46,061 nucleotides of DNA from an uncultured Woeseiaceae bacterium (GTDB lineage: Bacteria; Pseudomonadota; Gammaproteobacteria; Steroidobacterales; Woeseiaceae). The position numbers were made by a program, and so were the translations under genes. Below, piece by piece: positions 32,185 through 42,289 of this stretch (the stretch's first letter is position 1; each line of letters opens with the position of its first letter). A model generated the notes under the pieces. The model searched no databases and was not told the DNA's origin. It saw nothing but the letters and a program-made list of their open reading frames with translations. The DNA lies in the NCBI GenBank assembly GCA_964462665.1, contig CAYWYT010000001.1, forward strand, positions 1 to 46,061, in the 5' to 3' direction.

Positions 32185-33147
32185 TCAGTGGACCAGCGGG
32201 CCGGGGCGAAAACGCCTCGGTCCCAATAGTTTGTTCTTTGCTGCAGCACGAATCCCATCACACACGCCCAGGAATCGTTGTAGATTTCCGCTGGATACTC
32301 CAATGTAAAGCGTCCGAAGCAAGAGGCCGATAATCGACCAGTAACGAGCGACATGCCGCCAAAGTGACGCGCCCTGATTCTTGCGAAAGAAGTATTGAGT
32401 GAACAGCAGTCTGCGCTTCTCCATTTCTCTCGGAGAATTTCGCGAAACTTTTGATTTACTGTGCCGATACACAGCTTCGGGTGTGGTCAACAGCGAGAAG
32501 CTGCGAGATATACGATATGAAAGATCAAGATCCTCCGCCATCACGTACCCCGTGAGATCACGATCGAACTCGTACTGTCGGAAAACCTCAATTCGATAAC
32601 TGACTGCCGTGGACGGCATGATCTCGCATTCGCGAACACATGACAGCTCGGTCAAATGAATCGGAAAATTCGACGACTTTAGTCGACTGTGGGCGTCTTT
32701 TCGAGTTTCAGCCAACAAGAAGAATTTCTTATACCACCGCCAGAACCCTGTCGAGGAAACATAGCACGGATCAATGACCCCTGACACTCCGGCGATCCTG
32801 CGCTCGGAATCTCGTTCATAAAGTTCAAGTGTTTTTTGAATATAGTCCGACTCCAGCTCCACATCATCGTCAAGAAAATAGACTACGCTGCTGTCAACAT
32901 GCGTGGCACCCAGATTCCTTTGCATTGTTGTGCTCGGCGCGCCCTGCTGGTAAATAAATTCGATTTCAGACTCTTGGCAAGTGTCCTCGATCGGACCACG
33001 CACATGCTGCAAGTCACCTGCATCAATGACAATCAATTGACGCGGCCTTATCGATTGATTCACCACGGATTTGACACAACGCTGTATCTCATCCGGGCGA
33101 TTGAGTGTCGCGATAACAACAGAGGCTGTTTCCAGGGTTTTGGTCAT
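32185..33147 (-). CDS. GT2-family glycosyltransferase
   Basis: ASVVIATLNRPDEIQRCVKSVVNQS..LIVIDAGD and ..YFLDDDVELE (DxD). The start was trimmed to ATG 33145-33147 (track: 33243, which would overlap the upstream gene). Confidence 0.8.
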   Translation of the reverse strand: MTKTLETASVVIATLNRPDEIQRCVKSVVNQSIRPRQLIVIDAGDLQHVRGPIEDTCQESEIEFIYQQGAPSTTMQRNLGATHVDSSVVYFLDDDVELESDYIQKTLELYERDSERRIAGVSGVIDPCYVSSTGFWRWYKKFFLLAETRKDAHSRLKSSNFPIHLTELSCVRECEIMPSTAVSYRIEVFRQYEFDRDLTGYVMAEDLDLSYRISRSFSLLTTPEAVYRHSKSKVSRNSPREMEKRRLLFTQYFFRKNQGASLWRHVARYWSIIGLLLRTLYIGVSSGNLQRFLGVCDGIRAAAKNKLLGPRRFRPGPLVH

Positions 33148-33181
33148 ATCACAGAACCGTCGACGGTGCCGCACGGCGCCA

Positions 33182-34402
33182 TCACGCGCATTCGAATAAT
33201 TTCCGAAGCTGGGCCACGGACTTCTCATTGTTAAATTCTGCAATTACTTTCTGCCGCCCTTCCCTGCCATATTCGCGGCGCATCTCCGGGTTCTCAGCGA
33301 GCCGTTGAATCGCATCGGCTAACGAATCCGGGTCTTTCTCTGGAACGAGGAGGCCACTGACATTGGTCTCGATTAACTCTGGCAATCCGAGAATGTTGGT
33401 CGAAACAACCGGTAATTGACAGAACATCGCTTCCATCAATGCAACGGGAATTCCATCCCGCCAGCCATCATCCGATACGACACAGGGCAAAACGAATATA
33501 TCGGCGGCTTTGAGTTCTCGACGAACATCTTCGTGATGCAATGCACCCACAAGATTCACGTTGTCATCAAGGTGTAACTCGCTAATCAGGTTCTGCAAGC
33601 TTTCTCGCTCGGCGCCACCACCGACGATTGTACAATCGAATGCGAAACCATTGCTTTTTAGGCGCGCGAGGGCCGGAATTAAGATATGAAAACCCTTTCG
33701 TTTATTTAGCTGGCCTACGCTGACGATTCGAAGCGATGACCCGAGGGTACCGCCGGAACTGGTTCGCAAATTTGTGTCTGGGTCTATTCCACAGTGAATG
33801 ATGTGAATCTTGTCAGAATATTTTTGACCGTACGTCTTGATGACATAATTTTTGTTAAAGTCGGAAATCGAAACGCAAAACTTACATGATTCCAATTTCC
33901 TTTGAAACGCGATCGGATCGAGCCATATCATCGACGCGTGCATCGTAAAGGAATACGGAAGCCCGGCCAATTCTGCGAGAAACATCCCGAGCGACGTAGG
34001 TCCATTTATGAAGTGACAATGTATGTGGTCCGGCATGTCACTCTTAAGTCGGCGCAGCAAAAACGTCGATTCTATCAAGTGATAAGCGAGTCTAAAGTAG
34101 TCTCTCGGGAACTTCGCAGGCCGCGCGGAGATTACCCACCAGCAACATCTCAGAGTACGCACTGGCTTCGTCAGGAGCGCCAGAAAAAAGGAAACCAATT
34201 TGGGCGTCAAGCCCGCCTGATCGAGGTAAAGAGTTGAATTTCGGAGTTCACGAGCTTCTGACGATATGCTCTTGTCGTCCGGAGTATTCATCGACACAGT
34301 GTCGATCTTGAGCCCACCATGCCTTAATCGAAAAATCTCGTTATAAATAAACGTTACAGTCAAAGCTGGCAACGTCGCAGTAATGTAGAGAATTCTATCC
34401 AT
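33182..34402 (-). CDS. GT4-family glycosyltransferase (WcaL-like)
   Basis: The N-terminus LYITATLPALTVTFIYNEIFRLRHGG resembles WcaL-type GT4 enzymes. The C-terminus has PCVVSDDGWRDGIPVALMEAMFCQLPVVSTNILGLPELIE..VSGLLV. Confidence 0.8.
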   Translation of the reverse strand: MDRILYITATLPALTVTFIYNEIFRLRHGGLKIDTVSMNTPDDKSISSEARELRNSTLYLDQAGLTPKLVSFFLALLTKPVRTLRCCWWVISARPAKFPRDYFRLAYHLIESTFLLRRLKSDMPDHIHCHFINGPTSLGMFLAELAGLPYSFTMHASMIWLDPIAFQRKLESCKFCVSISDFNKNYVIKTYGQKYSDKIHIIHCGIDPDTNLRTSSGGTLGSSLRIVSVGQLNKRKGFHILIPALARLKSNGFAFDCTIVGGGAERESLQNLISELHLDDNVNLVGALHHEDVRRELKAADIFVLPCVVSDDGWRDGIPVALMEAMFCQLPVVSTNILGLPELIETNVSGLLVPEKDPDSLADAIQRLAENPEMRREYGREGRQKVIAEFNNEKSVAQLRKLFECA

Positions 34403-34602
34403 CGGGGTTCCGCAATTCTTTAATGATCGGCCACATTTAATACGCTTCGCCGCCGAATATCGACGTACCTGGACCTTCGTATTTCAGCCGGACATTATAA
34501 CGCATGGATAGGTCAAATAGCTGCTGACTGGTTCACGGCTATGGACCAAATCACGGTCACACTTTCGAGTGTTTTCGCAACTGTTGGCAGCGGCGGTAGC
34601 TT

Positions 34603-36177
34603 CTACTGTCCGCTGAAACCAGACACCGGTTTTGGACTCACCGTCGTCCGGTCCACCGGTGGCAGCGCAACGTCGGCGCGTACGATTTCCACCATATGCA
34701 GCGTCACACTCGTTGTCGCACGAATTGTTATGTCAGCGCCCTGATTTCCTGACATTCCTGCCGCAGGGACATCTACCTCGACAGTGCGCCAAACGCCGGA
34801 CCCTCCTCCGTCGATTGTCTGTGACGCTGAACCTGGAACTTCGATACCGAATTTCGGATTACCGGAATTGAAATACGTTATTCTAAGCCGAATGTTTTCG
34901 GACTCAATGTGCCGCGCCAGGCGGTCCTCAACCTGGAAGCGCATAAGGCCGCCGGCGGGAACGCGGCGCGCCCAGGCACCATGCCTCTGCCAATCTGGCC
35001 CGACGGTTTCAAGCACATCGTTGGCATCACCGCTCATGCGTGACATTAGAAACGTATAATCTCCGAGCAGGTACTGGTCTCCCTCGCGAAGCGCAACCCA
35101 GGCCCCGGGGGAAAATTCAGCAGCACTGCGCGTCTGGAAGCCAGCGTAACGGTTGCCAAACTCAAACGCGGCATCATATTCAGCGTCAACATGTCGCTCC
35201 AGGTCGGACCCATACACAGAGATGAACGTAACGCCGGCGTGGAGGTCACTCAGTATTCGCCAATAGTTCCACTGTGGCGGTGGCTGCTCACCCCGACTTC
35301 CTTTCGTAGAACTCGAATAGGGCTCAGCATAAACAGGCGTATCACCCTGGCGACCGAATTCGATGTGCTTCAGGTATTTTCGCTCGGTACTGCGACTAGT
35401 TGGTTCCGGCAAGCTTGATGTGTGCACCAAGCCCATTGTGCCCTGCTCAATCGCATTTTCCACGACTGCTGGCAAATTGTTGTCATTGCTAATCAAGACT
35501 ATTGTTCGGACAAATACAAGAAAATCAGGGACGAACAAATCATAGTAAGACTGGGCTACAAAGCGTTTGTATTCTTCGTTTACGGTATCTGAGTAAGGAA
35601 CAAAAGTTACGCCGGGTGGGATCGTCCATTGATTTTGAGGCCGATACCTTTCTTCGACTCCCGAATGTTCCGTGCCAAGAGCATTTAGATTGAGTCGTAT
35701 CGAGTACACAGAGTCTCGATTCGGAGATGCACGCAAATGATTGTTGAACGCCGTCAGCAATTCTTTATATCGCTGCATGTAGGTTGGATGCCAATACTGA
35801 AGCGAGCCCTTCTCATCATGTACGCCGAGCCCTAGACGTTGCGGATGATAAGGAACCTCATCAAACAGGAAATCCGGTTTAAAACTCCCCCGTATCGCGA
35901 CGGTTAACGGTTTGCCAAGACTAGCGTATCGCTCCAGTGCGTTGTCAATTTCGGTGAAGTCAAACTCCCCAGGCGCCGGATTGACGTCAATCCACTCCGG
36001 TGTAATGTAGCCACCGCGCACTTGCGGCATCGAGTCGACCGCGTAACTTCCCCAGATCTTGTGAATTCCCCAATCAGCGGGATCAGTACCGGCCAATGAC
36101 AGGCTTGGTATGCAGGCGAGCAGCATCAGAATAGCCGATATAATCACACTGACGAGAGGTCGGCATTTAGTTGGCAT
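34603..36177 (-). CDS. secreted hypothetical protein, glycoside-hydrolase-like TIM-barrel N-domain plus C-terminal beta-sandwich
   Basis: Signal peptide MPTKCRPLVSVIISAILMLLACIPSLSLA. ITPEWIDVNPAPGEFDFTEIDNALERYASLGKPLTVAI resembles the 'W..iEP..G.ydf..lD' opening of clan GH-A enzymes. No catalytic residues could be assigned by eye. The start was trimmed to ATG 36177 (track: 36252). Confidence 0.5.
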   Translation of the reverse strand: MPTKCRPLVSVIISAILMLLACIPSLSLAGTDPADWGIHKIWGSYAVDSMPQVRGGYITPEWIDVNPAPGEFDFTEIDNALERYASLGKPLTVAIRGSFKPDFLFDEVPYHPQRLGLGVHDEKGSLQYWHPTYMQRYKELLTAFNNHLRASPNRDSVYSIRLNLNALGTEHSGVEERYRPQNQWTIPPGVTFVPYSDTVNEEYKRFVAQSYYDLFVPDFLVFVRTIVLISNDNNLPAVVENAIEQGTMGLVHTSSLPEPTSRSTERKYLKHIEFGRQGDTPVYAEPYSSSTKGSRGEQPPPQWNYWRILSDLHAGVTFISVYGSDLERHVDAEYDAAFEFGNRYAGFQTRSAAEFSPGAWVALREGDQYLLGDYTFLMSRMSGDANDVLETVGPDWQRHGAWARRVPAGGLMRFQVEDRLARHIESENIRLRITYFNSGNPKFGIEVPGSASQTIDGGGSGVWRTVEVDVPAAGMSGNQGADITIRATTSVTLHMVEIVRADVALPPVDRTTVSPKPVSGFSGQ

Positions 36178-36244
36178 GAGAGATTCGACCCGAGTGAGTA
36201 CATTGATTAGTCGTATACATCGTACAGGCTGTTGCTGTCGAAAA

Positions 36245-36284
36245 CGTGACATACGTCACGCTTTAATTAGTGACACAGTTCAAA
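36245..36284. promoter_or_regulatory. two adjacent degenerate CRP-like sites
   Basis: cGTGAcatacgTCACg (36245-36260; 6-bp perfect arms CGTGAC/GTCACG) and aGTGAcacagtTCAaA (36269-36284) lie upstream of the 36177 start. Confidence 0.3.
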
Positions 36285-36328
36285 TTTTGTTAAATATTTT
36301 TCGATCAGTGCGAGTCTCCAGCAGGCGG

Positions 36329-37132
36329 CTAGTACCCCTGCCGTTCTTTCAATAATACATACATCTTTTCGCACATAGCCTCTATATCCGGATCAAGATG
36401 AGATTCGCTTCTACCTACCGATCGCGCGTGGATACTCGAAGTCATGCGGCGATCATAAGCGCAATCGATAAACCGACAAATCACATCCATAACCTTCTCA
36501 GGCATCGATACTAGGTCTTCATAGGCTAATGTTAGCACGCGCGCGTCGTTATCCAGGCCTTGCTCAAAATAGAGCGAGTTTCTGATATACCAGAAGAGGC
36601 CAGCCGCAGAATGCGGTGACATCGTTTGAAAGTCGTATTTTCGAAGAAGACTCAAGCTGCTCTCACTCAGTCCTTGCGCTTGCCAGCTGTCAAGCCGTTC
36701 ACCCCGCACAAACGCAGACAGAAACTCTAGATTGTTGGATCGAAACCGCGCGACGGCGGAGTTGGCCCGATCTGCAGCACGCCGATACACCCAAATGACT
36801 ACGGCGTTAGGGACGATCTCCAATAGCTCTCTGGCCCGGTGCGATTCGGTAAGTGGCTTGAACACGACTGCTTTACTGCGCGATCCCCGTACGACGGCGG
36901 CGACAGTCTCGTTGTCCTTGAGCCGCCAGTCTTTCATGGCCGCCGACGCCTCGCCGTATACCTCCAGCTCTGCAGATTCATTGAGACACCTAATGAGCAT
37001 GGTCGTCCCGGATCTCTGAGCGCCAAGCACGAAGACCGCCTTTGCATTTGGCGAGCAATTATTCCGAAACTGCCATAGCCGCTTGCGAGCCGCTACACGG
37101 CTTCGCTCGAGAAAACGGGTCAATTTGGACAT
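36329..37132 (-). CDS. sulfotransferase
   Basis: 5'-PSB loop VLGAQRSGTTMLIRCL and a 3'-PB-like VIWVYRRAADRANS. Confidence 0.75.
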   Translation of the reverse strand: MSKLTRFLERSRVAARKRLWQFRNNCSPNAKAVFVLGAQRSGTTMLIRCLNESAELEVYGEASAAMKDWRLKDNETVAAVVRGSRSKAVVFKPLTESHRARELLEIVPNAVVIWVYRRAADRANSAVARFRSNNLEFLSAFVRGERLDSWQAQGLSESSLSLLRKYDFQTMSPHSAAGLFWYIRNSLYFEQGLDNDARVLTLAYEDLVSMPEKVMDVICRFIDCAYDRRMTSSIHARSVGRSESHLDPDIEAMCEKMYVLLKERQGY

Positions 37133-37226
37133 GAGATTATCTGCTTGGCCAGTTGGAATGCCTGATGATCAAGGTACCGGCAGGCGATTATCCACAACCG
37201 CGACGTTGGGTCAACCTTGACTAGTA

Positions 37227-38243
37227 TTGCTCACCGAGACACCTGTCGAGTGCTCGGCCGTACTGGAATGGTCCCGGCAAAATCCGTACCATTCATTACC
37301 CTGTCGTTTTACAAGTGATATCGTGACAATCAACCCTCTCCGTCTGCTCTTGCGCAGCTCTTATTACCAGCGTCGGGTGCTCGCCCCTCAGATTGCAGGA
37401 TCCGATGATCTCGGGCGGGCCGTTAGTATCATCAGTTCTCGCTGGCCTGAGACAGTAAAGGACCGGGAATGCGAAGATTCGCCTATCTTTCTCTTCTCCG
37501 CCGGATGGGGATCAGGCTCCACACTCATACAACGGTTGATATCCTCCGATAAGAACACGTTGATCTGGGGCGAACCACATGATCACGGAATTGCAATACA
37601 CCGTTTAGCTGAAATGCTAGTTCCCGTGAATGATAAGTGGCCGCTCAATAACTATTTTCAACTGCCTGACAACTCGAAGCCAATTCAGGAGCAGTGGATC
37701 GCAAATTTTTCGCCGCCTGTTGTCGCACTACAAGCGGCGCACAGAAGTTTTCTCCAACGCTGGCTTCGTGATCCAGCATCTTCGTCTGGACGAAACCGAT
37801 GGGGAATAAAGGAAGTCCGGCTAACTGCCGATCACGCACGGTACCTGAAGTGGCTATTCCCGCGCGCCAAATTTATTTTCCTATATCGTGACGTGCTTGA
37901 CTCATACCGCTCATGCAAAGACGTCAAATGGCTAAGTGTCTGGCCGGATTACCCGGTAGGTAAGCCGACGGCTTTTGCGCATCATTGGAAGCACCTACTG
38001 CAGGGATTCATCAAACACGCCGATGAGCTCAACGCGTTGCTAATTCGATATGAAGACTTCGTGTCTGGAAAGACCGCACCTGGTCTGATCGCCGACCATC
38101 TGGACCTTCCAACAATGGATGAATCAGCTATCAAGGTCAGAGTCGGCGCACGCGCCAAGCGAAACAAGAGCTTAACTTACATCGAGACTGCGGTAATACG
38201 AGCGATCACGGATGACCTTCGGTCAAAACTGGACTATTGCTAG
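37227..38243 (+). CDS. sulfotransferase (divergent PSB loop)
   Basis: FLFSAGWGSGSTLIQRL (PSB-like, lacking the usual basic residue), RWGIKEVR.. and KFIFLYRDVLDSYRS (3'-PB). TTG start in the track, so the start is uncertain. Confidence 0.65.
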   Translation: MLTETPVECSAVLEWSRQNPYHSLPCRFTSDIVTINPLRLLLRSSYYQRRVLAPQIAGSDDLGRAVSIISSRWPETVKDRECEDSPIFLFSAGWGSGSTLIQRLISSDKNTLIWGEPHDHGIAIHRLAEMLVPVNDKWPLNNYFQLPDNSKPIQEQWIANFSPPVVALQAAHRSFLQRWLRDPASSSGRNRWGIKEVRLTADHARYLKWLFPRAKFIFLYRDVLDSYRSCKDVKWLSVWPDYPVGKPTAFAHHWKHLLQGFIKHADELNALLIRYEDFVSGKTAPGLIADHLDLPTMDESAIKVRVGARAKRNKSLTYIETAVIRAITDDLRSKLDYC

Positions 38244-39646
38244 GGCCGCCTCGTACGCGATTGGGTTTCATCCGGACGTTGTGTCGGCTCCCATCGAGAT
38301 CTCACCGCCTCAGTTTCCGCCGCGCTCTCCTTGCGACTTGTTGCAAGGAGACTACAGGTCGATAAAAACAGGGCGAACAATACGAATAGATAGTTTTGGT
38401 AGTCCAGCAAGCCTTCACGCAAGAATTCGATCCGTAACTGCGATACCGCAAATACGCTCAGAATTACCAGCCCTATTCGGGGCAAAGATGAAAGGGTCTC
38501 GTGTGAACTCCGTATCCGTTTTGCGGCCACGAGCCTTGACGACATCGACCAAAAAAATACTACCCACGATGCGATCCCGATAATTCCGGTTGTAAACATA
38601 ATATGAAGCGCGAGGTTATGCGCATGAAGCATGTAAGGAATGTCTGCTACCAAATTTTCTGGCGTACTGATGAAAAGTTTCGGGCCGTGGCCAAGAATGG
38701 GCGCATCCTGAATACGTTCCCATACGGTTGGCCAAACCGCAGCACGTGTATCCGGAACGCCACCTTCGATCGACGTTCCTTCGAGTCGATCAAACAGCAT
38801 TCCGTATTCGGTGAAATTCACCAGGATAATTCCGACGAGCGCAAAAATAGTCGCTCCGCCAACGAATATCTTAGCCACCCGGGCGAGGCCAAGTTCTCGC
38901 CGGAACACACCAAGAAACAGCAGAGCCCCAAAGACGATTGTTACAAACCCACCGCGGTTGCCGGTTGCGATAAGGAACAATACGTTCAAAGTCATTATTA
39001 GAACTACCGCGTGCCGAACATGGCGTGCGGCGCTCTGGATCAGGATGCGCCCCAGTAAAACACACTGAATTGTCAGGTATTCAGCCGTCGCCGCTGTTGC
39101 TTTGAAAGGACCGACGAGCCGCCCATCTTTGCGAATCGGATTCATCGACAGCTCCTGAATCCCGAAAAGCGTTACCCGCGTTTGTCCGGCAATAAACTGA
39201 ATCGCACAATAAATGAGCACCAAGACATTCAGAGCAAGCAGCACCTTGAAGACAAACTGCCAGTCCCGGGTCCGCAACACGAAGTTGTAAACTATGTAGA
39301 ACAACAGAATATTGGAGAAGAAACCGAAGATATACAGGACATGTTGGAGTCGTGCCGCCGGATGTGATTGCGAAAATGCGAGTAGAAAAGAGAAAAGCAC
39401 CAATAGAATGGGCAGTAGAAACGGCAATCGCGCTATTCGACCCTGCAACAGGAACGCAAATGCCGCGATATAAACGAGAACGGTATTAATGGTTCCGTAC
39501 TTGGAATCAATCAACTGAAACGGAATCATCAATAGTATGAAACCAACGCTTGCACGTTCAGGCAACCGAAACAACAGAATAAAATAGGCAATTCCGGCGA
39601 GCGCCGAAATTATTAGCTGCGCGTATTGCGAGTCAGAAAAGTCCAT
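38240..39646 (-). CDS. O-antigen ligase/polymerase family (Wzy_C) membrane protein
   Basis: About 11 TM helices. ..IATGNRGGFVTIVFGALL.. and a periplasmic loop followed by HAHNLALHIMFTTGIIGIASW (the 'H.HN..l....e.G..G' Wzy_C hallmark). Confidence 0.7.
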   Translation of the reverse strand: MDFSDSQYAQLIISALAGIAYFILLFRLPERASVGFILLMIPFQLIDSKYGTINTVLVYIAAFAFLLQGRIARLPFLLPILLVLFSFLLAFSQSHPAARLQHVLYIFGFFSNILLFYIVYNFVLRTRDWQFVFKVLLALNVLVLIYCAIQFIAGQTRVTLFGIQELSMNPIRKDGRLVGPFKATAATAEYLTIQCVLLGRILIQSAARHVRHAVVLIMTLNVLFLIATGNRGGFVTIVFGALLFLGVFRRELGLARVAKIFVGGATIFALVGIILVNFTEYGMLFDRLEGTSIEGGVPDTRAAVWPTVWERIQDAPILGHGPKLFISTPENLVADIPYMLHAHNLALHIMFTTGIIGIASWVVFFWSMSSRLVAAKRIRSSHETLSSLPRIGLVILSVFAVSQLRIEFLREGLLDYQNYLFVLFALFLSTCSLLATSRKESAAETEAVRSRWEPTQRPDETQSRTRRP

Positions 39647-39662
39647 TAGATTTGTTCAGGCT

Positions 39663-40712
39663 CTAGTCGGAAAAGTCTTGTGTTGGAATCGGCATTGCGG
39701 AATCGACTGAATAAGCAGAAACCCCAAAAATTTCAAGTACACGATGGACATCATCTTGCTGTTGTTCGCTCAGGTAAGATTGCCACGAAAGCACGAGCTT
39801 CTCGGCGGACGCCTTTTGCCCCATCTGATAGCTTGCCTGTTGCGACGGGCGCTCTAGAGTCTGCTCGTCCGGCACATTCGACAACTGCAACGCAGTCACC
39901 AAGTTATCCCAGGCGCCTTCTTGTCGTGTCACCAGGTTTTCATAGAATGCGAGATGAGGATCATGACCCGAACGCTCCAGATGGGGCACATTCTCGATGC
40001 ACCAAATCGCAGTATGAACCTCTGCCATAGACTTCAAATCGGCCAATTGTGGCGCAACGCTGGCGAGATAGTCCTGTACTAGCTTGGGCTGGTCAAGATA
40101 TCGATCGAGCAGTTGCCGAATTGAGCGCTTATTCCATTCCTGTCCTGAACGTCTGCACACGGATGCCAGGACAGCGCAAGGATGTCGCACGATAATTGCT
40201 GAGCGGTAGCCATACTCTCTTTGCATCCAGCGGGCCAGGAGATTAGCCCGTATGAATTTGATGACTCTCGGCAAACCCACCTGACGACGATATATTAACC
40301 ATCGACGGTAAGTCCGTCGGTATTGTACAGCCGTATCCTTTATACCTCTTTTCGTAAGAATCGTCCGGGGGTGCGGAAACAAGCGGTCCGGGCGCGTGCG
40401 TAGTCCGGGCCACAAACCCGCGTTTGTTCCTTCGATGATGCCATCAAGAAACACTCGCAATTCCGCGCAAGTTTCTTCAGCACGCACATAACGATTCGCG
40501 AATTCGTACGCACCGCGAACCGCCTGCGGATGTAGTGGTTCGAATACCGTACCAAGACCGTTTGATTCAGCGATAGCGTCCTGGACCCACGTCGTACCGC
40601 TTCGTCCGGAACCAAAGACAAATACCTGCCGGGTTTTCGAAGCTGCCAACGGAGGTTCAGGTGCTGTATTCAGGAATTTTTGCAAATCAGATCTACAGGT
40701 CTCGCTGACCAA
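39663..40712 (-). CDS. sulfotransferase
   Basis: VFVFGSGRSGTTWVQDAI (5'-PSB) and AIIVRHPCAVLASV (3'-PB-like). Confidence 0.75.
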   Translation of the reverse strand: MVSETCRSDLQKFLNTAPEPPLAASKTRQVFVFGSGRSGTTWVQDAIAESNGLGTVFEPLHPQAVRGAYEFANRYVRAEETCAELRVFLDGIIEGTNAGLWPGLRTRPDRLFPHPRTILTKRGIKDTAVQYRRTYRRWLIYRRQVGLPRVIKFIRANLLARWMQREYGYRSAIIVRHPCAVLASVCRRSGQEWNKRSIRQLLDRYLDQPKLVQDYLASVAPQLADLKSMAEVHTAIWCIENVPHLERSGHDPHLAFYENLVTRQEGAWDNLVTALQLSNVPDEQTLERPSQQASYQMGQKASAEKLVLSWQSYLSEQQQDDVHRVLEIFGVSAYSVDSAMPIPTQDFSD

Positions 40713-42289
40713 CGATAGACGCGAAGGCCATACTTTAGGTCGACGGCATCGGCAGTCGCGTATCTCTCAATCACATCAGCGACAGCATTGTTGACTCTGG
40801 TTCGGTTTCTCCACGCAGGCGCGTGCACTATGACAACGCCACTCGGGTTGCACGCAATAACCTGCTGCATGTCCGCTACGTCTGCGATGGCAACTCGACC
40901 TGTGCGCGGATCCAGTCCATCTTCGCTTCTCAAGCTATTGATGTCGGCGAGAGTCGTCGCGTTCAAAACAATATCAACATCTCCCAGATAATAAATTGAT
41001 TGTAATGGCTGGCTGCTGACCGTAACCGCGACGGAGTCTGCGATTTTCCTCAGGTCCTCGCTCGCAGCAGACCAATCCGTTGCATAACGGTCCCAGTATA
41101 CTGGAGGCTTTGTTGGTCGAGCCAGAATCATTCGAACGCCGGTTTCGACAGCTGGCGTCGTTGCCAAAATGAAAGCGGCGACACTTGACAACAAAATGAG
41201 TGCGGCGACGCTCTTCCCATTATCTGAAAACAGCGGCGTAGCAATCTGGCCAAAGCCATCACGAATTCTTGCATGAAGGATCCGACCCATCGAATCCAAA
41301 CCCACACCCAATAATATCAGCATGAAGGGGATGGCATAAAAAATGAACCGTTCTGCTCTCATGCCACCGAAAGATTGCGCAAAAAAAGCGACCAAGAAAA
41401 TACTCGCACAAAACGAAGCCGGAACCGGTTTCGCCATCAACGCTGCGATTAATGCCACCGGCAACAAACTCCAAAGTACTGCCAGCTGGGCGTTGAAGTG
41501 TCGATGATAGTAAAGGGGTCCGTCGCCTGTATTCCACATTGCCGACGATCGGTATACTCCCATCAAGTCAGCGATGAGCTCTCGCCCGAGAACGGCTGAA
41601 ATAAGAATTACCGCTGCGCCAGCAAGGGCTGCGACTAGTCCTGGCCAACCGCGCGGCATCCGATCCTTCAGCCAGCTCGAGTTGAGTACGAGTAACCAGA
41701 GGGCTATACCTCCAACGCCAATCAACGTTGTAATCTGCAGGTGCAAGCCGAGAAAGAGGAGCACAACAATCGCAAGAATCAGAAAGATTCGTCGCTGGCC
41801 GTCCATGCCTGATCGGGCGAGTGAATAACTGGCGCACGCGAGTAGAAAAAAAACCAGTGCGTGCAGCGAGTAAAAACGTATGTGCTGGGACAAGAATATC
41901 GCACCCGGCAAAATCGCGAGCAATCCCGAAGCGATAATCGCTGAACTTAGACTAAAATTCAGAGCAGTCCATGCGAATACGGCCGTGACGAGAAGTGCGC
42001 CAATCAGTGCGCCCAGAATACGGACAGAATTTACGCTTCCATCGCTCTGCGATTGAACAAAACCAACGAGTCGTGTGAAGATGGATGCCCGATGATACTC
42101 ACCATCGGCGATCGAAAGTATCCCGCTATCGACCCAAGACTTGCCTGCAATCAGGTGGTAGAGCTCATCCGTTATCGGTTGATGTTCCAGGTTGGACAAC
42201 CTGATCCCCACCGCAAAAACGAATACAACTGCCACATAAGCCAACAAGCGTCCCAGAGGAATCGCACTACTGTCGTGCATTGCTCTCAT
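40670..42289 (-). CDS. GT-C fold glycosyltransferase (ArnT/PMT, GT39/GT83-like) with a C-terminal soluble domain
   Basis: About 11 TM helices. The first loop HQPITDELYHLIAGKSW carries the acidic DE motif typical of ArnT/PMT_2 enzymes. About 170 non-hydrophobic C-terminal residues. The start was trimmed to ATG 42287-42289 (track: 42442). Confidence 0.65.
   Translation of the reverse strand: MRAMHDSSAIPLGRLLAYVAVVFVFAVGIRLSNLEHQPITDELYHLIAGKSWVDSGILSIADGEYHRASIFTRLVGFVQSQSDGSVNSVRILGALIGALLVTAVFAWTALNFSLSSAIIASGLLAILPGAIFLSQHIRFYSLHALVFFLLACASYSLARSGMDGQRRIFLILAIVVLLFLGLHLQITTLIGVGGIALWLLVLNSSWLKDRMPRGWPGLVAALAGAAVILISAVLGRELIADLMGVYRSSAMWNTGDGPLYYHRHFNAQLAVLWSLLPVALIAALMAKPVPASFCASIFLVAFFAQSFGGMRAERFIFYAIPFMLILLGVGLDSMGRILHARIRDGFGQIATPLFSDNGKSVAALILLSSVAAFILATTPAVETGVRMILARPTKPPVYWDRYATDWSAASEDLRKIADSVAVTVSSQPLQSIYYLGDVDIVLNATTLADINSLRSEDGLDPRTGRVAIADVADMQQVIACNPSGVVIVHAPAWRNRTRVNNAVADVIERYATADAVDLKYGLRVYRWSARPVDLICKNS

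Noticed and set aside
34592-34599. GGCGGTAG, the core of the RfaH ops/JUMPstart element common in polysaccharide operon leaders
   Set aside because: It is on the + strand while both flanking genes are transcribed on the - strand. It abuts the 3' end of a CDS rather than a leader. An 8-mer is expected about once by chance in 2 x 46 kb.
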